Of a stretch of 64,000 bases of DNA, positions 17,643 to 25,785 are shown piece by piece. A program made the position numbers and the translations under genes. The DNA lies in IMG/VR virus record IMGVR_UViG_3300031521_001337, positions 62,001 through 126,000 of that record; one strand, 5' to 3'. A model generated the notes under the pieces. The model did not search any database, had not been told where the DNA came from, and saw only the letters and a program-made list of their open reading frames with translations. Each line of letters begins with the position of its first letter. Position 1 is the stretch's first letter.

Positions 17643-17716
17643 GTTTGCGTAGCTCAGTTGGTTAGAGCACCAGCCTGATAAGTTGGGGGTCACAGGTTCA
17701 AGTCCTGTTGTGAACA
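17643..17716 (+). tRNA. tRNA-Ile(GAT)
   Basis: CCAGC-CTGATAA-GTTGG; GU-rich acceptor stem. Confidence 0.9.
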
Positions 17717-17774
17717 CAAAGTAGATATAAAATTAGTATTGGTTCTACAAGATAGTACTGTCTACAATACAACC

Positions 17775-17846
17775 GAGAGCATAGTTCAGTGGTGGAACGC
17801 TTCCCTTACATGGAAGATGTCGGGAGTTCAATTCTCTCTGCTCTTA
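17775..17846 (+). tRNA. tRNA-Val(TAC)
   Basis: CTTCC-CTTACAT-GGAAG. Confidence 0.92.
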
Positions 17847-17899
17847 CAAATAAATTAGGTAAAATTGGGATGATTACCCAAGTTAAATGAAGATGGAAA

Positions 17900-18469
17900 A
17901 TGATTTTAAAACAAGGAATGAAGGTTTTATTAAAACCTAAAGAATGGTATGATGAGAAAAAAGCAGATTTCTTGCCAATATTGACTAATGATATGGAACA
18001 ATATTTTGGTAAAGAACATATTATAAAATCTGTAAAAATTGGAGGATCTCAATTAAGAGGTGTTGAATTATTTAATATTGAAAGTGATTCTAAAGGTTGG
18101 TATTTCTCAATAGATATGGTTGATAAGTATTATGATATGCCAATTACAACTAATGGATATGATAGATTAGTAAGTATGTATAATACCATAGGATCTAGTT
18201 TAACTTCAGGTACTTCAAGTATGTCAAGTGCTTTAAGTATGTATGAACAACTTTCATTACAAGAATTGAGAGGTAGAATGAGAGGTACTACTGATTTTAG
18301 TGGATTATTAGGTTTTTCAAACAGTCTTTCAATTCACGTTAAAGCATTTATACAATATGTTGAGAAGTTTGTTCCATTTGCTTATGATGGAGTTGTAACT
18401 TATACAGATAATGAAAATAATTCATTTACTTTAACACAGTTATATGAGAGATTCACTACCAACAGTTAA
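17900..18469 (+). CDS. paralog array 2, member 1
   Basis: KQGMKVLLKPKEWY...DMEQYFGK...; C-terminal F..Y.EK...NNSFTL..LYE. Confidence 0.8.
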   Translation: MILKQGMKVLLKPKEWYDEKKADFLPILTNDMEQYFGKEHIIKSVKIGGSQLRGVELFNIESDSKGWYFSIDMVDKYYDMPITTNGYDRLVSMYNTIGSSLTSGTSSMSSALSMYEQLSLQELRGRMRGTTDFSGLLGFSNSLSIHVKAFIQYVEKFVPFAYDGVVTYTDNENNSFTLTQLYERFTTNS

Positions 18470-18902
18470 GTATAAAGTAGGACAATGTGTACATTTGAAA
18501 TCTAAAGATTGGTTTGATGTACATGACGATAGAGGTGATGTTAGATTAGGTTTAGCTAGTGATATGAGACCTTATTTTGGAACAATTCAAGTTATTACTC
18601 ATGTTGATACAAATTATTGTGGATATGTTTTAGCAGGTTGCAGTGGTGGTAGTGATAATGAATATACGTATACTGATCAAATGATTGATAATATAAAAAC
18701 TTCTGAATTAATACATAGACATGAAAATATAATTGATCCTGATCAATATTCATGGGATGTTATTACTCCAAATAAATTTCCTGAACATCTTGAAAAGAAT
18801 TATACTCCATTTCTTGATGGTGAAACTTTAACATTTACTGATAAAGATAATAATTCATTTACTTTAAAAGAAATATTTGATGAGTTCTTTAAAGAAGTAT
18901 AA
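18444..18902 (+). CDS. paralog array 2, member 2
   Basis: KYKVGQCVHLKSKDWF...DMRPYFG...EKNYTP...NNSFTLKEIF. Confidence 0.8.
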   Translation: MRDSLPTVKYKVGQCVHLKSKDWFDVHDDRGDVRLGLASDMRPYFGTIQVITHVDTNYCGYVLAGCSGGSDNEYTYTDQMIDNIKTSELIHRHENIIDPDQYSWDVITPNKFPEHLEKNYTPFLDGETLTFTDKDNNSFTLKEIFDEFFKEV

Positions 18903-19254
18903 AATTGGTGATGTTGTTAGACTAAAATCATTAGCTTGGTTTGATGAAATGATGGAAAATCATGTAGCTGTTGAAGGTGGATTAATTTATGATATGCGTC
19001 AGTTTTTTGGTAAAGAACAAGTAATTTCAAATAATGAAGCAGGTTATGCATATATACCTTTATATCACTTAGTAGATGATCCACGTCATTGGAATTTTAG
19101 TAATGATATGATTGAAGGAATAGCTTCATCTTTTCCTGAATATGTAGAAAAGAATTATACACCACTTATTGATGAAGGTGGATTGTATTTTATAAATGAT
19201 AATAATGATGCATATAGTTTAAAAGAAATATATGAGAGGTACAGAGCGATATAA
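18877..19254 (+). CDS. paralog array 2, member 3
   Basis: KYKIGDVVRLKSLAWF...DMRQFFGK...EKNYTP...NDAYSLKEIY. Confidence 0.8.
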   Translation: MMSSLKKYKIGDVVRLKSLAWFDEMMENHVAVEGGLIYDMRQFFGKEQVISNNEAGYAYIPLYHLVDDPRHWNFSNDMIEGIASSFPEYVEKNYTPLIDEGGLYFINDNNDAYSLKEIYERYRAI

Positions 19255-19768
19255 AGTAGGTGATAAAGTATTAATGCAGTCTTTAGAATGGTTTGAAGAT
19301 GCATTAAATGGACGAGGTCCAAGACCTCTTTTTGGAGTTGTTGAAAGCATGCGTAGATTGTTTGGAAAAGTTCAAACAATTACTATGAGTAGTCAATCTA
19401 TGAATGATGAGGATAAATATAAAATATCAGGAGCTAATGAATTTAATATCAGTAATGATATGATTAGAGGTTTACTTGAAGAATTTAGTCAAACAATAAC
19501 TCATGATGGTAGATCAGAATATGTTCATAATGATGTTCTTGCTAGTATGACACCATCGTCAGGAACTTATATCATTAATTATGGAGATGATCCAAGATTT
19601 GGGGGCACAGTAACAAGAACTAAATCATTTTTACAAGTATTAAAGGAGAATTACACTCCGACAATAATTGATGAAGAATTATTATTTGTTAATAAAGATA
19701 ATGAATCCTATACATTAGATGTTTTATATAATAAATTTCATAATACACCTTCAGGATTATTTGAATAA
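19232..19768 (+). CDS. paralog array 2, member 4
   Basis: RYKVGDKVLMQSLEWF...SMRRLFGK...KENYTP...NESYTLDVLY. Confidence 0.8.
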   Translation: MRGTERYKVGDKVLMQSLEWFEDALNGRGPRPLFGVVESMRRLFGKVQTITMSSQSMNDEDKYKISGANEFNISNDMIRGLLEEFSQTITHDGRSEYVHNDVLASMTPSSGTYIINYGDDPRFGGTVTRTKSFLQVLKENYTPTIIDEELLFVNKDNESYTLDVLYNKFHNTPSGLFE

Positions 19769-19788
19769 ACCACTTCGGTGGTTTCTTT
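19767..19788 (+). terminator. intrinsic terminator
   Basis: AAACCAC-TTCG-GTGGTTT then CTTT. Confidence 0.75.
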
Positions 19789-19818
19789 CTGCTATTAACA
19801 ATATTTAACTAAATATAT

Positions 19819-19849
19819 TTTGCACTTTCGAAAATTTTTTGTATCTTTG
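19819..19849 (+). promoter_or_regulatory. Bacteroidota sigmaA-type promoter
   Basis: TTTG-N19-TATCTTTG matches the -33/-7 consensus. Confidence 0.8.
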
Positions 19850-19874
19850 TACTATTAATATAATAGTTCAATTT

Positions 19875-20618
19875 ATGGAAAACAAATATTCAAAAGAAAA
19901 TTTAGAAAAAATTGTAAAAGAAAGTTATTCTTTTGCAGATGTGTGTAGATATTATGGGTTGCCTTTAACTGCTGGTAATTATGAAACAATTCAAACTAAG
20001 ATAAAAAAACATCAAATTAGCACAATTCATTTTAAAAGAAATTCTTCAAATGAAACTAAGAATGTGTACACTTTAGATACAATCTTTTGTAAAGATTCAG
20101 CATATACACAAACAAGTAAGTTAAGAGATAAATTATTAAAAAATAATCTAAAAGAACATAAATGTGAATGTTGTGATAATACTAAATGAATGGGAGAACC
20201 TATTCCATTAGAAACACACCACATAGATGGTATTAAAACTAATAATGAATTAAATAATCTTAAATTATTATGTCCAAACTGTCATGCTTTTACTGATAAT
20301 TATAAAGGTAAAAATGTTAAAGATAAAGTTATAGATGCATTATATTGTAATTCTTGTGGTAATACTATAACAAGTTCTTCTGTAAGTGGTTTATGTTTAA
20401 GTTGTTCTGCTAAACGAATAGCTAATGATTTTTACGATGAACTTGGTATAACTCGTGAATATTTAAAAACTTTAGTTCGCACAGAAACATTTATTAATAT
20501 TGGTAAATTATACAATAGATCAGATAATGCTATTAGAAAATGGTGTAAACATTTTAATATACCTTCTTCAAAGAAAGAAATAAATAGTTTGTCTGATGAT
20601 GAATGGGATAAAATATAA
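19875..20618 (+). CDS. HNH homing endonuclease with one in-frame TGA (20187..20189)
   Basis: ORFs 19839..20189 and 20190..20618 are one frame: CECCDNTK*MGEPIPLETHHIDG...N...NLKLLCPNCH. Confidence 0.8.
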
Positions 20619-20623
20619 TTTAA

Positions 20624-20696
20624 GGACTCTAAGCTAATCTGGTGAAAGCGTATGCCTGAAGAGCATGAGAGGTTGGATCAAAACCAACAGAGTCCA
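20624..20696 (+). tRNA. tRNA-Phe(GAA)
   Basis: TATGC-CTGAAGA-GCATG; atypical T-loop ATCAAAA. Confidence 0.88.
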
Positions 20697-20772
20697 CTTA
20701 CGGTTTAGGACCGTTGTTGTTTCGGCAACAAACCACTTGGTAGTGTCGCTACAACCAAGTGGTTATTTACAA

Positions 20773-20845
20773 GATCTGATAGCTCAACTGGTAGAGCATC
20801 GCCCTTTTAAGGCGGGGGTTCTGGGTTCAAATCCCAGTCAGATCA
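20773..20845 (+). tRNA. tRNA-Lys(TTT)
   Basis: TCGCC-CTTTTAA-GGCGG. Confidence 0.95.
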
Positions 20846-20861
20846 CAAAAAAAAAACAATC

Positions 20862-20950
20862 GGGGGTGTGGCGAAATTGGTAGCCGCAGCTAAATATAGG
20901 TTAGACCATAGCGGTCGTGAGACATGGGGGTTCGAAGCCCTCCGCCCCCA
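20862..20950 (+). ncRNA. tRNA-Leu-like RNA with a distorted, 7-nt-expanded anticodon arm
   Basis: Leu-type acceptor, D, variable and T arms; anticodon region GCTA-AATATAGGTTAGACCA-TAGC. Confidence 0.7.
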
Positions 20951-20956
20951 CTAAAT

Positions 20957-21035
20957 TCCCCAATGGCGTAATTGGCAGACGCGTATTCTTCGGAATATGT
21001 CGAGAGACATGTGGGTTCGAGTCCTCCTTGGGGGA
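20957..21035 (+). ncRNA. class II tRNA-like RNA with a UUCG tetraloop in place of the anticodon loop
   Basis: TATTC-TTCG-GAATA; D-arm GCG..CGC; variable arm GTC-GAGA-GAC; acceptor TCCCCAA/TTGGGGG. Confidence 0.7.
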
Positions 21036-21041
21036 GCAAAT

Positions 21042-21122
21042 ATGTCAGTATACAAGCGGTTAAAGTAGTTAGTCTCCAAAACTAATCCGAAAGGTTCGTG
21101 GGTTCAAATCCTACCTGATGTG
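21042..21122 (+). tRNA. tRNA-Trp(CCA) with long variable arm
   Basis: TTAGT-CTCCAAA-ACTAA; variable arm CC-GAAA-GG; G73. Confidence 0.85.
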
Positions 21123-21127
21123 CAAAT

Positions 21128-21210
21128 GCTTGAGTGGCGAAATGGTTAATACGCGTATGCCTTAGGAGCATATGTCGAAAGATGTGTCGGTTCGAGTCCG
21201 ACCTCGAGTA
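21128..21210 (+). tRNA. tRNA-Leu(TAG)
   Basis: TATGC-CTTAGGA-GCATA; class II. Confidence 0.95.
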
Positions 21211-21230
21211 CAAATATAAAAATAGATAAA

Positions 21231-21846
21231 ATGAAATGTTTAGATTATTTAAAAAGAATAGGAGTTAAATTAAATGGCCCTAATGTTCATAAAACTGCAA
21301 TGATTCAACTTTCAGTATGTGAAAGATATGACAAACGATGGAATAGTAAGAATTATTATAATCCTTACACTTTTCAATATGGTCGACGTAAAGAACATTC
21401 AGCTAAAAGTTGGAATCAGATTATAACTCCTCCGATTTTTCCTGATAAACCTAAATATAATTTTGAACGTAAAGAAATAGAAGTTGAAGGATTTAGATTT
21501 TTACAACCCGAGAGTTATATAGATGGTAAAACTTATTTTAAATATGAAGAAACTTCTTTTGTAAGAAAGAATTGGAGACATATTGAAAATGAATGTAAAT
21601 CATATTCTAAAAAATGTGAAGATTATTGGTATTTAAAAGGAATATTTGACGAAAATAACAATTAAGATGGCAGCTAAATGTGTAAAATTAGGATGTGTTC
21701 CTAGAATTAATAATTGGGGAATTAGTTGGTGTACCGAATGTGGTAAATTATTTCCTTTTAATCTAAATCACAAACCGATTAATAAGAATTTTCTTACAGA
21801 AGAATCTAAACTTATTTATGAGAATTATTTAAAATCAAATCAATAA
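21231..21846 (+). CDS. two hypothetical proteins (21231..21665, 21646..21846)
   Basis: ORFs between tRNA blocks. Confidence 0.6.
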
Positions 21847-21853
21847 ATTAAAT

Positions 21854-21943
21854 GGAAGAGTACTCAAGTGCTTTAAGAGGACGGTCTTGAAAATCGTTAG
21901 ATCGTGTAAAAGCGGTGCGTGGGTCGGAATCCCACTTCTTCCA
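21854..21943 (+). tRNA. tRNA-Ser(TGA)
   Basis: ACGGT-CTTGAAA-ATCGT; long variable arm; C19:G56 swap. Confidence 0.88.
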
Positions 21944-21956
21944 CAATAATTAAACT

Positions 21957-22042
21957 GGAAATAGTAACTTACGAGAAGTAAGGCTTGCCTGCTAAGCAAA
22001 GCGTTCGTTTAGGCGAATAGGAGTTGGAATCCTACATTTCCG
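21957..22042 (+). tRNA. tRNA-Ser(GCT), atypical D and T arms
   Basis: TTGC-CTGCTAA-GCAA; variable arm TTCG..CGAA; G73. Confidence 0.75.
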
Positions 22043-22061
22043 CAAATTAAAACATAAACAG

Positions 22062-23006
22062 ATGAAGATATTATTTATTGGTAATGGAATTTTTGGAGTT
22101 CCAGCATTAAAAAAATTACATGAAATTTATCAAGTTACAGTTATAACAACACCACCACGACGTTTCGGTAGAGTAGTACAAAATACACCTATTTATATTG
22201 CTGGTAAAGCTTTAGGTTGTTTAGTATATACTGCTAATGATATTAATGAACTTGAACATCGTATAATTAGTACTGATTTTGATTTAATTGTTGTTGCATC
22301 TTATGGACAAATAATTAAAATGAAAATACTTGATTCTGCTAAATATGGTGCAATTAATATTCATGGTTCATTATTACCGAAGTATAGAGGTGCTTCTTGT
22401 ATTCAAGCTGCTATTTTGAATAGAGATTCTGAAACAGGAGTTACATTTATTAAAATGAATGCTGCTGTAGATGCTGGAAGTATTATTACTCAACGTAAAA
22501 TGTATCTACCTGTAGGAATGGGATATATTATGCTTCTTGATCAATTATCAAACTTAGCTGCTGAAAATATTCTTCTAACAATCACTAAATATACTCGTGG
22601 AGTTATTTTAAGACCACAGATAGAAAGTGAAGCTACATATTGTTGTAAAATAACTAAAGATGATTGTTTACTTGATTTTAATAAAAATGTTGATGATGTA
22701 TATGCAAAAATGAAGGCATATGAATCGAATCACGGAGTATTCTTTTATTTACCAGATAACAATACTGAAGTTAAAATTAAAGATGCATGTATGTATACTG
22801 GACGTGTTAAAGGTGATTTCTTAGATGGAGAATTAATTTGTGTTGAAAATAATAAACTTTTTATAAATTGTAATAAAAGTAGTCTTCAGATTGTTTCATT
22901 ACAATTACCTAATAAAAAGGTTATGTCAGCTAGAGATTTTATTAATGGTCATAAGAAGTTAATCACACAATTTGCTGATTTACAAATAATTGTACATAAT
23001 GTATGA
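22062..23006 (+). CDS. fmt: methionyl-tRNA formyltransferase
   Basis: KILFIG...FG..AL..L, TTP.RR.GR, VASYG.I, INIHGSLLPKYRGA..IQ, ETGVT, VDAG.I; ~314 aa. Confidence 0.92.
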   Translation: MKILFIGNGIFGVPALKKLHEIYQVTVITTPPRRFGRVVQNTPIYIAGKALGCLVYTANDINELEHRIISTDFDLIVVASYGQIIKMKILDSAKYGAINIHGSLLPKYRGASCIQAAILNRDSETGVTFIKMNAAVDAGSIITQRKMYLPVGMGYIMLLDQLSNLAAENILLTITKYTRGVILRPQIESEATYCCKITKDDCLLDFNKNVDDVYAKMKAYESNHGVFFYLPDNNTEVKIKDACMYTGRVKGDFLDGELICVENNKLFINCNKSSLQIVSLQLPNKKVMSARDFINGHKKLITQFADLQIIVHNV

Positions 23007-23011
23007 AAAAT

Positions 23012-23095
23012 GGGATGTTATACCGTAGCTTATAGCGGGCCTGACTGTAACTTAGGTGTCTTCGGACTCGGGTGGTTTGACTCCACCACATCCCA
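23012..23095 (+). tRNA. tRNA-Tyr(GTA)
   Basis: CCTGA-CTGTAAC-TTAGG; variable arm GTC-TTCG-GAC. Confidence 0.88.
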
Positions 23096-23171
23096 CTAAA
23101 GTATTAGTCTTTAGACAATAAGCAAGATAAAAATAAGGAGTGGCACTTGCGTTCACCAATAATACTTTTCA

Positions 23172-23244
23172 CACGATGTAGCTCAGTTGGTAGAGTAGTC
23201 CTTTCATGCAGGACGGGTCAGGAGTTCAAATCTCTTCATCGTGA
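23172..23244 (+). tRNA. tRNA(CAT), elongator Met or lysidine Ile2
   Basis: GTCCT-TTCATGC-AGGAC; C1:G72 paired; unusual G37. Confidence 0.85.
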
Positions 23245-23262
23245 CAAACTAAACAAAATAAA

Positions 23263-23629
23263 ATGGATAAATTATTATTAGTACTTTCAATTCTTACATT
23301 ACCTGGAACATTGTTACTTATTACAGGTTTAGCAGATCTTTCTACTGTTAAAGAAGAGAAGGATAAAATAACGTATAATATTGCAGTATTTCTTAGATTT
23401 ACATCAATATTAACATTAGCATTAGCTATATTTGGAATTATTGCTTACATTTTAAATTAAAATTATGACTCTGTATAAAAAACTAAAGTGGACGTTCTTT
23501 GCAACACCACGACATGCAACTGAATGGGCTGAACAAAATGAAATGAGAATAACAGCTGCATTAGGAGTTGTTTTTGTAACATTTTTAATATTATTATTAT
23601 TTGGTCAACTTCCAACATGGGCTGGATAA
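23263..23629 (+). CDS. two small membrane proteins (23263..23460, 23465..23629)
   Basis: Hydrophobic ORFs; the second (54 aa) is below the ORF track cutoff. Confidence 0.55.
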
Positions 23630-23730
23630 ATGACGCTGCTCGATGAGTAGATGTCCTGGTGGGTCGCATTACCGAAATTGCGATAGTAGAACATGGGATA
23701 GCACTACTTAAAAAAGAGCCCTCCCACCAC

Positions 23731-23802
23731 GCCCGAGTAGCTCAGTGATAGAGCAATGGTATTGTAAACCATTTGTCGTCGGTTTGACCCCGACCTTGGG
23801 CT
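23731..23802 (+). tRNA. tRNA-Thr(TGT)
   Basis: ATGGT-ATTGTAA-ACCAT; A19:U56. Confidence 0.9.
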
Positions 23803-23819
23803 CTATTAAAAATAAAGAG

Positions 23820-24200
23820 ATGATTAAAAACATTATTAAAAGTTGGAAACATATTCCATATACATTGAAACATTATATAGCTTTTTTAAAACTTGAAAAG
23901 AAGTTATTAGGTTATTATAAGTATAAGTTTCATGATTTGGATAAAGTGTTAATGTATCTATTCATTCCTTTTATAGGAACACATCGAATTAAAATGATAC
24001 ATCGTAAGATTAATAGACATCATATTACATTTTATAAAACGAATTGTAATTATGAAGAAGCTATTATTGATTGGGAATGTTCAAGGTTTACAAAAGCTGA
24101 TAAACCTAGAACAGCAAGAGAAATTGTTAATGATAGACCTGATAAAAATTCAAGACACTATTATGAACTAGTAAGACAATTAAATAAATTTAATTTATAA
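23820..24200 (+). CDS. HD-like His-rich hypothetical protein
   Basis: HD..K, H...N.HH, E.IIDWECSR motifs; start moved out of tRNA-Thr. Confidence 0.6.
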   Translation: MIKNIIKSWKHIPYTLKHYIAFLKLEKKLLGYYKYKFHDLDKVLMYLFIPFIGTHRIKMIHRKINRHHITFYKTNCNYEEAIIDWECSRFTKADKPRTAREIVNDRPDKNSRHYYELVRQLNKFNL

Positions 24201-24202
24201 TT

Positions 24203-24765
24203 ATGGATAAAAATCAAAGTGATAATATTTGTCCTAATTGTGGGGCTATATTAAATGCAAATACAGCGTGTACAGATGGTACTAAAGCTGGACCTGGTGA
24301 TATTTCAATATGTTTGTATTGTCAATCAGTTAATATATTATCAGAACATATGACAACTCTTAAACTTTCACAAGAAGAATATGACGCTCTAGATGCTGAT
24401 ATAAGAGCTAAAATTGAAAAAGTCATAGAAGTAGCTAAGGCAATGAACATTAAATACAAAGAATAATGACAGTAAGAGAATTATATGAGTATTTAGGAGG
24501 ATTACCTTATAATAGTCAACATTGGGATGATGAAGTTGTTATTCCTTTAGACTATCCTTCTATGGGTAGTCGTATATCAGAACCTATTCTTCGAACTAAT
24601 TTTGGTTTTGATTGGGATTCTAGTAAATGTTTTATAGTAACAGAAGCCAAACTTGTAAAGAGTTTTAAAGCTCCTGGAACAGGTGAACCTTTAGAAGTAA
24701 TTGAATTAAAGAATTTGACTAAACCGTCGAATCCTAAAGATAAAAGTGTTGGAGAAACTTCGTAA
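24203..24765 (+). CDS. two hypothetical proteins (24203..24466 Zn-finger CPNC/CLYC, 24466..24765)
   Basis: Coupled ORFs. Confidence 0.6.
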
Positions 24766-24818
24766 GAAGACTGATCTAGTCTCGGTAGGCACGTGCACAG
24801 TGATCCTACCCGTACCAT

Positions 24819-24892
24819 GCAGTAATAGCTCAGTTGATCAGAGCACTCGCCTTCCAAGCCTGGGGTCGTGGGTTTGAACCCCACTTACTGCT
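24819..24892 (+). tRNA. tRNA-Gly(TCC)
   Basis: CTTCCAA loop; U73; anticodon stem has two mismatches. Confidence 0.8.
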
Positions 24893-24899
24893 CTTACAT

Positions 24900-24973
24900 G
24901 GTGACATTAGCTCAATTGGTAGAGCGCTGGTTTGTGGTGCCGGTCGTTGCGGGTTCGATCCCCGTGTGTCACA
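24900..24973 (+). tRNA. tRNA-His(GTG)
   Basis: CTGGT-TTGTGGT-GCCGG; encoded G-1, but A73. Confidence 0.88.
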
Positions 24974-24996
24974 CAAGAACAATTAAATTTTAAATT

Positions 24997-25362
24997 ATGT
25001 ATTACAAAGCAATTAAAAGAAATTCAGATGGTCGTGAATTGTATTCAGAAGTATTATGTCTTATTAAAGTAAAAGATTATGTGAAAGCAACACGTAATTA
25101 TACAGAAGTTATTCCAATTATTCCAGAAGTAATTGAAATTGTACCTGAAACAATGCGACAAATGGGTTGGAGGAGACAATCATTTTATTTAGATGATACT
25201 CAAGGAAATCAACACAATTTTTTCAATTGTGATAATTTTAGTCATTTAGCACAAATCTTTCGAGATAAAAAAGTTTTTGTGTATCATTCTCGTAGAGGTG
25301 GAGAAATCCGTCGCTCTATAGTTGGTACAATTGATGAAACCAATACAGAACATTGGTTTTAA
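24997..25362 (+). CDS. hypothetical protein
   Basis: 121 aa ORF. Confidence 0.65.
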   Translation: MYYKAIKRNSDGRELYSEVLCLIKVKDYVKATRNYTEVIPIIPEVIEIVPETMRQMGWRRQSFYLDDTQGNQHNFFNCDNFSHLAQIFRDKKVFVYHSRRGGEIRRSIVGTIDETNTEHWF

Positions 25363-25373
25363 CATGGTATAAA

Positions 25374-25394
25374 GGTTCGTAGCTCAGTGGTTAG
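25374..25394 (+). pseudogene. 5' fragment of a tRNA gene
   Basis: GGTTCGTAGCTCAGTGGTTAG with no anticodon or T arm following. Confidence 0.5.
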
Positions 25395-25417
25395 TAAACA
25401 AGTAAAAATTAGTAAAA

Positions 25418-25595
25418 ATGGATGAAATGAGAGTGTGTAAAACACATGGTGAAACAACATTTAGATCCAAATGAAAAAGATTTTGGAATATCAGCAAAAG
25501 GATATACTAGAGCATGAGAAAAAGTTAAAGAAGAATTAGATAAATGTATTATGGTCTGTGCTAATTGTCACAGAGAAATACATTCAGAAGAATAA
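25418..25595 (+). pseudogene. internally deleted HNH endonuclease remnant
   Basis: MDEMRVCKTHGETT joined out of frame to HLDPNEKDFGISAKGYTRA*EKVKEELDKCIMVCANCHREIH. Confidence 0.75.
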
Positions 25596-25596
25596 T

Positions 25597-25683
25597 GTAC
25601 ACGTTGCCTTAGTTGGTCGACAGGTCCAGGCTGTTAACCTGGTGAATAATATTCCACCGCAGGTTCGAATCCTGCCGTGTACG
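25597..25683 (+). tRNA. tRNA-Asn(GTT) with long variable arm
   Basis: CCAGG-CTGTTAA-CCTGG; GAAT-AAT-ATTC variable stem; G73. Confidence 0.85.
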
Positions 25684-25692
25684 CTTCTATAT

Positions 25693-25763
25693 TGACCGAT
25701 GGTGTAATGGTAGCACACATCCCTTTGACGGATGTCGCCCAGGTTCGAGTCCTGGTTGGTCAA
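25693..25763 (+). tRNA. tRNA-Gln(TTG)
   Basis: CATCC-CTTTGAC-GGATG; U1:A72. Confidence 0.93.
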
Positions 25764-25785
25764 CTAAATTATAAATTATAAAATA

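Noticed and set aside
21854-21943. tRNA with anticodon TGA as a UGA suppressor
   Set aside because: Anticodon 5'-UGA-3' reads UCA (Ser). A UGA suppressor needs anticodon TCA, and none was found in the window.
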